From NCBI GenBank assembly GCA_963712735.1, contig CAVQIZ010000007.1, positions 282,870 through 346,869 on the forward strand: DNA of 64,000 nt, in the 5' to 3' direction. Below the pieces are notes generated by a model that was not told the DNA's origin, made no database searches, and saw only the letters and a program-made list of their open reading frames with translations. The stretch's first letter is position 1, and every line of letters starts with the position of its first letter. A program made the position numbers and the translations under genes. This stretch comes from an uncultured Chloroflexia bacterium. Its GTDB lineage: Bacteria > Chloroflexota > Limnocylindria > Limnocylindrales > CSP1-4. This document shows, one piece after another, positions 59,927 to 64,000 of the stretch.

Positions 59927-60796
59927 TCACTGTGGCAGCCCAAGGAACACGCTGGGTTCGAGTCGAGCGGCTTCGTCCATCGCGCCATCGAGGATGTAGA
60001 TGCGGGGGTCTCGTGCGAAGCCGTGCACGCGGTACAGCGAGTACGAGTCGCGGTGCGTCTGAGAGACCTCTACCTCCCACCTCGTGATACAGAACGGGGT
60101 CAGCGGCCCGTAGTTGGTCGTCTTGACCTCGATCAGCCGCTGTGCGCCCGACTCGGTGAAGCTGAGGATGTCGTATCCGGCTCCGTCTCCATCGTCGCGC
60201 GCGACCCAGCGCACCAGATTCGCTAGGTCCGGCCGCCCTGCCCTTGAGAGCTGCTCCCTCTCGAGCTCCGTCACCCATTCCTCTCCCGCCGTGCCGAGCT
60301 CGTGTCGCCGGAGATCGCGAATGGCGTCATGCGCGGTTCCCGTGATCGAAACGGAGGTGCGGCGGCCCCGACTCTGGGTGGAAACGCTCGGCGGCGGCAC
60401 AAGGACATCCGACGTCGAGCGGGGGAGGCCCTGTGCGCCGACGACCGGAGCCTCGCCGAACTGGGCGACGGCCTCGTTGATTCGTTCCCGCGGGTTCGCG
60501 CGGCCGACCACGGCGTCCCGTAGCGAGCTCTGGTAGTGCGCCATCGGTTTGTATCCGTCGATCCACGGCAATCCCAACTCAGCTCGGATGGCCGAGATGT
60601 TCTGAAGCTTCAGCTCGACCGCGCCCCGTGTTCGCGCAGGCATGAGCCTCATCAGGTCGCTGACTACATCGGACTTCGTGTAGCGCACGCCGCGGAGTTC
60701 CTTGCGGAGCATGTCTTCGTACGCGGCAACCGTCGCCTCGATCTCAAGGTTGGTCCACGCCGCCCCACGTGTTCCCTGGAGTCGTTGCTCGGTCAT
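59927..60796 (-). CDS. DUF3883-type PD-(D/E)xK nuclease-fold protein with uncharacterised N-terminal domain
   Basis: C-terminus GAGYDILSFTESGAQRLIEVKTTNYGPLTPFCITRWEVEVS (D ... E-V-K). N-terminus WTNLEIEATVAAYEDMLRKEL ... RTRGAVELKLQNISAIRAELGLPWIDGYKPMAHYQ. Start taken at MTEQRLQ. Confidence 0.65.
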   Translation of the reverse strand: MTEQRLQGTRGAAWTNLEIEATVAAYEDMLRKELRGVRYTKSDVVSDLMRLMPARTRGAVELKLQNISAIRAELGLPWIDGYKPMAHYQSSLRDAVVGRANPRERINEAVAQFGEAPVVGAQGLPRSTSDVLVPPPSVSTQSRGRRTSVSITGTAHDAIRDLRRHELGTAGEEWVTELEREQLSRAGRPDLANLVRWVARDDGDGAGYDILSFTESGAQRLIEVKTTNYGPLTPFCITRWEVEVSQTHRDSYSLYRVHGFARDPRIYILDGAMDEAARLEPSVFLGLPQ

Positions 60797-60830
60797 CTGC
60801 GCATCGTCGCCATTCTCGCGTATCGCGAGA

Positions 60831-63800
60831 CTACCCGGCACCCACCTGCTCATCGGCCACCTCGCTCAGCCGGCAGAGCGCGTTGGCCAGCAGCATCTGC
60901 CGTGGCGAGCGGGCCTGGACGCGGATGAGCTCCGGTGAGGCCACCACCAGCGTCAGGCAGCGCGCACGCGACGTGGCCACGTTGAGTCGGTTGAGCGAGT
61001 AGAGGAACTCCATCCCGCGCGGCGCATCCTCCGGCCGCGACGTGGCCATCGAGTAGATCGACACCGGCGCCTGCTGGCCCTGGAACTTGTCCACCGTGCC
61101 CACCGGCACCCGCGCGCAGGCTTCGCCGCGCTTCCGCAGCTCCGTCCCGATGAGCGTCCGCTGCGCGTTGTAGGGCGTGATGACGAGGATGTCATCCGGC
61201 CGGATCGCCGCCTTCGCCAGCTCGCGGTCCAGCCATGTCGCGCGACCATCGAGCAGCGCACACACGAGGTCGGCGATGACCCGCGCCTCCTCGATGGAGC
61301 GGTTGTCATTGCGCGCATCCGCGTGATCGACGGCGATGAAGCGGATGCCCTCGCCGTCGGCCAGACCCGCGCCGGACAGCGCCTGCTGCTCGTTGCCGCT
61401 CTCCGGCAGCAGCGCGCTCTCGTAGAAGACCTCAGAGGTGTAGCTGCAGATGTCAGGGTGGAGCCGCCAGGTCTTGTCCATGAAGAGGCCCAGCGTCGGC
61501 GGCATGACCGCGGTGTCCCGACCCAGCAGGTGTGCCAGCGCGCTCCGTTCCGCACCGACCGGGTGCGAGCCCTTCAAGGGCTGGTCGAGCTGCTGCGGGT
61601 CACCCAGCAGCACGATGGACTTGGCCACTGCGGACACCGCCAACGCGTTGGCCAGCGAGAACTGGCCGGCCTCGTCGATGAACAGCACATCGACGGCTTC
61701 GGTCGGGATCTTCGCACTCGACCAGAGCCAGGCCGTGCCGCCGATGACATCGGCTGCGCCGTCTGCCAGCACGGCCGCCACGTCCGCCGCCGACTCGATG
61801 CCCTCCGCATGGGCGCAGGTCAGCTCGCCCGAGTCGCCCGGCTTCTGGCGGATGACGACCTCACGATCGGCGAACGCGGGATGCTCGTCCTGCGCCGCCC
61901 AGACGTTGTCCAGCAGGTTGCCGATGACCTTGTGGCTGCCGGCGGTCACGCCCACGGTCTTGCCCTGGGCGACGAGGTCCAGGATCATGCGCCCGCCGAT
62001 CCAGGTCTTGCCGCTGCCGGGCGGTCCCTGGATGGCCAGGCACGTGCGATCGAGCCGCTTGACCAGTCGTCGTGCGGCGTCCGCGGCCGACTCGCCCTCT
62101 GTGCGCAGGGGCTGACCGTCCACGTGGCCATCGATGCGTGGCGTCCGGCACAGGACCAGGTCGCGGGCCGCGCGGTACGGTCCGTCGCCCGATCATGCCG
62201 TGGTCCACGACGGACTGGCCGATGTCCAGCAGCCGCTGCTCCTGCGCGGGGCAGGGCACCACGGTCTTGGCCACGAGTGCCCGTGGATGCTCGATGACCC
62301 GGCCGCGTGGGAAGCGCAGCACGATCTCGTGGCGGTCGAGGTCCGTCTCCACCACCGGCAGGTCCTTCAGGGTGGCGGGGTCGGTCGGCGCCTTGCCCAC
62401 GTCGAAGTCCTGCTCCGGGAAGCGGTAGCGATACGTCCGCCTGGCCTCGTCCTCGACACCGACCAGCTCCAGGCCGGCAAGCGGCTCGCGTGCCTCCAGC
62501 AGCTCCTCCTCGGTCGCCTCCAGCTGGCTGAACCAGCGCCACCAGTCGGGCTTCTGCTCGCGGCGATGCCAGCCAAGCAGGTTCGCCAGCAGCACCCGGC
62601 CTCGCTCATCGTGAGGTCCACTCGCGCTCGCTCTCGTCGACCGGGATGCCCGCGACCAGCGGCTCGGCCACCGCGCTCACGCGCTGCAGCCAGGCGGACA
62701 GGCCCTCCTCCGCCTCGCCGTCGCGAACCTGCGGCCGCGGCAGCTCGAAGCCCAGCGTGGAGGCCAGCACGCCGCGCTGCTCCTCCAGCCAGCGATGCAG
62801 CTCCAGCGTGGAGACCACGTCATCACGGTTGTAGGCGGTGATCTGGTCGAGGATCTCCTCGCCCACGCCGCCGTGACCGCCGAGCTGCAGCCAGTGCTCG
62901 AACTCGACGATGGACGAGCCCGCATCACGCAGCTCGATGTCGCGACGGAACCCGTAGAAGGGCTCCAGGCGCTTGATGGAGTAGCTCTCCACCGAGGCGC
63001 GCAGGCCCTGCCGCACGACCCGGTAGAGGTCCACCAGCACGTCGCCGCGGAACAGGCGGTCCACCTCGTCCTGGCGGGTGTTGTAGCGGCCCATGAGCTT
63101 GCCCAGGTGGCTGGGCTCGTACGGCGCGTAGTGGTAGACGTGGAGCGTCGGGATCCGCGTCGAGGGCCTCGATGATGGTGTCGATGGTGCGTTCGAAGGC
63201 GGCCTTCTCCGCGGCCTCGGTTACCCGTCCCTCCCGTCGCGGCTCCAGAAGGCGTGGAAGCGTGGATCGCCGTTGGCATCGCGCTCACCCGGCTGCAGCA
63301 GGCCGAAGAGGTAGTCGATGCCGTCCTCGCCGGCGAACGGATCGCCCTCCAGGTCGAGGTAGAGGTCCCCGGGGCTGGGTGCCGGCAGCGCCAGCAGTCC
63401 CTTGGTCGTATCGAGCTCGTCGTCCGGCGTGCGGTGCGGCTCCAGCAGCTCGTGGATGTAGCGGCGCTCGTCCTCACCCTGGACCTGGATGCGCGCCTGC
63501 TCGCGGACGCGCTCCAGCGCCTCCGGGCTGGTGCCCTCCAGCCGTGGCTGTAGCGGCAGCTCCACGACCGCCAGCGAGCGGCGCGTGCCGATATCGCGCT
63601 CGACCAGCGCGGCCCGGGTGCGCGCGCTGATGTTGGCCACCAGCGAGAGGTGGTCGTCTGCCCGGCGTCGCTTGCTGCAGATCTCATCCCAGCTGCAGAC
63701 GCCACAGTGTTCCGTGGGCTCCGGGTAGGACGGCGGCGGGGGAGGGTAGATCGCTCGGCAGTGGGCGCCCGACGGCATCGAGGAAGCGGGCCTGCACCGA

Positions 63801-64000
63801 GCGGAAGTAGGCCCGGAAATCGGCCGTGCGGAAGCCCTGGGTCTCCCTGTCCTTTCCCCCGAGGGCCACGTACATGCGCTCGGGATAGCGGCCCTGGATG
63901 GCCGCGAGCAGCTCGTTGTAGACGCAGATCTGCAGCAGCGCGGAGGCCTTGACCTTGTGCGCGAGCTTGGTGTCCGCGACCTCGTACGACCAGCCCAGCG
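60831..64000 (-). pseudogene. TM0106-type RecB-like nuclease + RNase H-like exonuclease + SF1 (DNA2/NAM7-like) helicase; 5' end outside the window, about five frame breaks
   Basis: Read from 64000 downward: EVADTKLAHKVKASALLQICVYNELL (nuclease core), HCGVCSWDEIC (Cys cluster), DLYLDLEGDPF...IDYLFG and HVYHYAPYEPSHL (exonuclease), then GPPGSGKTW, LFIDEAGQ, LLGDPQQL, VDKFQGQQAPV, RLNVATSRAR (helicase). Breaks lie near 63769, 63225, 63150, 62615 and 62189. Confidence 0.85.

Noticed and set aside
50300-64000. Defined genomic island or integrative element
   Set aside because: The content looks accessory (TAs, R-M, nucleases), but I found no integrase, transposase, flanking direct repeats or tRNA boundary in the window. 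No mobile element is called.

Overview
Very GC-rich (roughly 70% by eye) bacterial chromosomal segment. Gene content and codon style look like Actinomycetota or a GC-rich Chloroflexota-type lineage, but the taxon cannot be fixed from this window. I can support about 60 protein-coding genes and one tRNA. I found no rRNA, CRISPR array, transposase or integrase. 0-50 kb is mostly metabolic or housekeeping: an Fe-S carrier; pyruvate:ferredoxin oxidoreductase with a translationally coupled DHOD-like gene; an Lrp/LysE pair; PdxH; an ATP-dependent DNA ligase; a 9-kb sugar operon (FGGY kinase, split transketolase, SorC regulator, DUF2291, ribose-type ABC transporter); AroE; bactofilin; an M20 hydrolase; an orphan DNA methyltransferase; a 1,064-aa LuxR/LAL regulator coupled to a triple-cupredoxin lipoprotein; a YyaL-type thioredoxin-domain protein; MocA plus a three-subunit xanthine-dehydrogenase-family enzyme; xylulokinase; and a guanine-deaminase-like amidohydrolase. 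50-64 kb looks accessory: VapBC and HigBA-like toxin-antitoxin pairs, an ECF sigma/anti-sigma pair, a MerB-like lyase, and a defence island (Vsr, BamHI/BglII-fold restriction enzyme, m5C methyltransferase, DUF3883 nuclease, and a giant RecB-like nuclease/SF1 helicase that runs off the window). My best candidate for an undescribed system is the co-directional helicase-nuclease -> DUF3883 -> methyltransferase array at 59.9-64 kb. The second candidate is the ATPase-dead LAL regulator, triple-azurin lipoprotein and permuted methyltransferase neighbourhood at 27.9-33.5 kb. Main caveat: about 28 single-base frame breaks interrupt 13 genes. Nearly all behave as +1 insertions and they cluster in a few blocks. 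I think most are sequence or assembly artefacts, so every pseudogene call is provisional. All homology statements come from motif recognition by eye; no searches were run.
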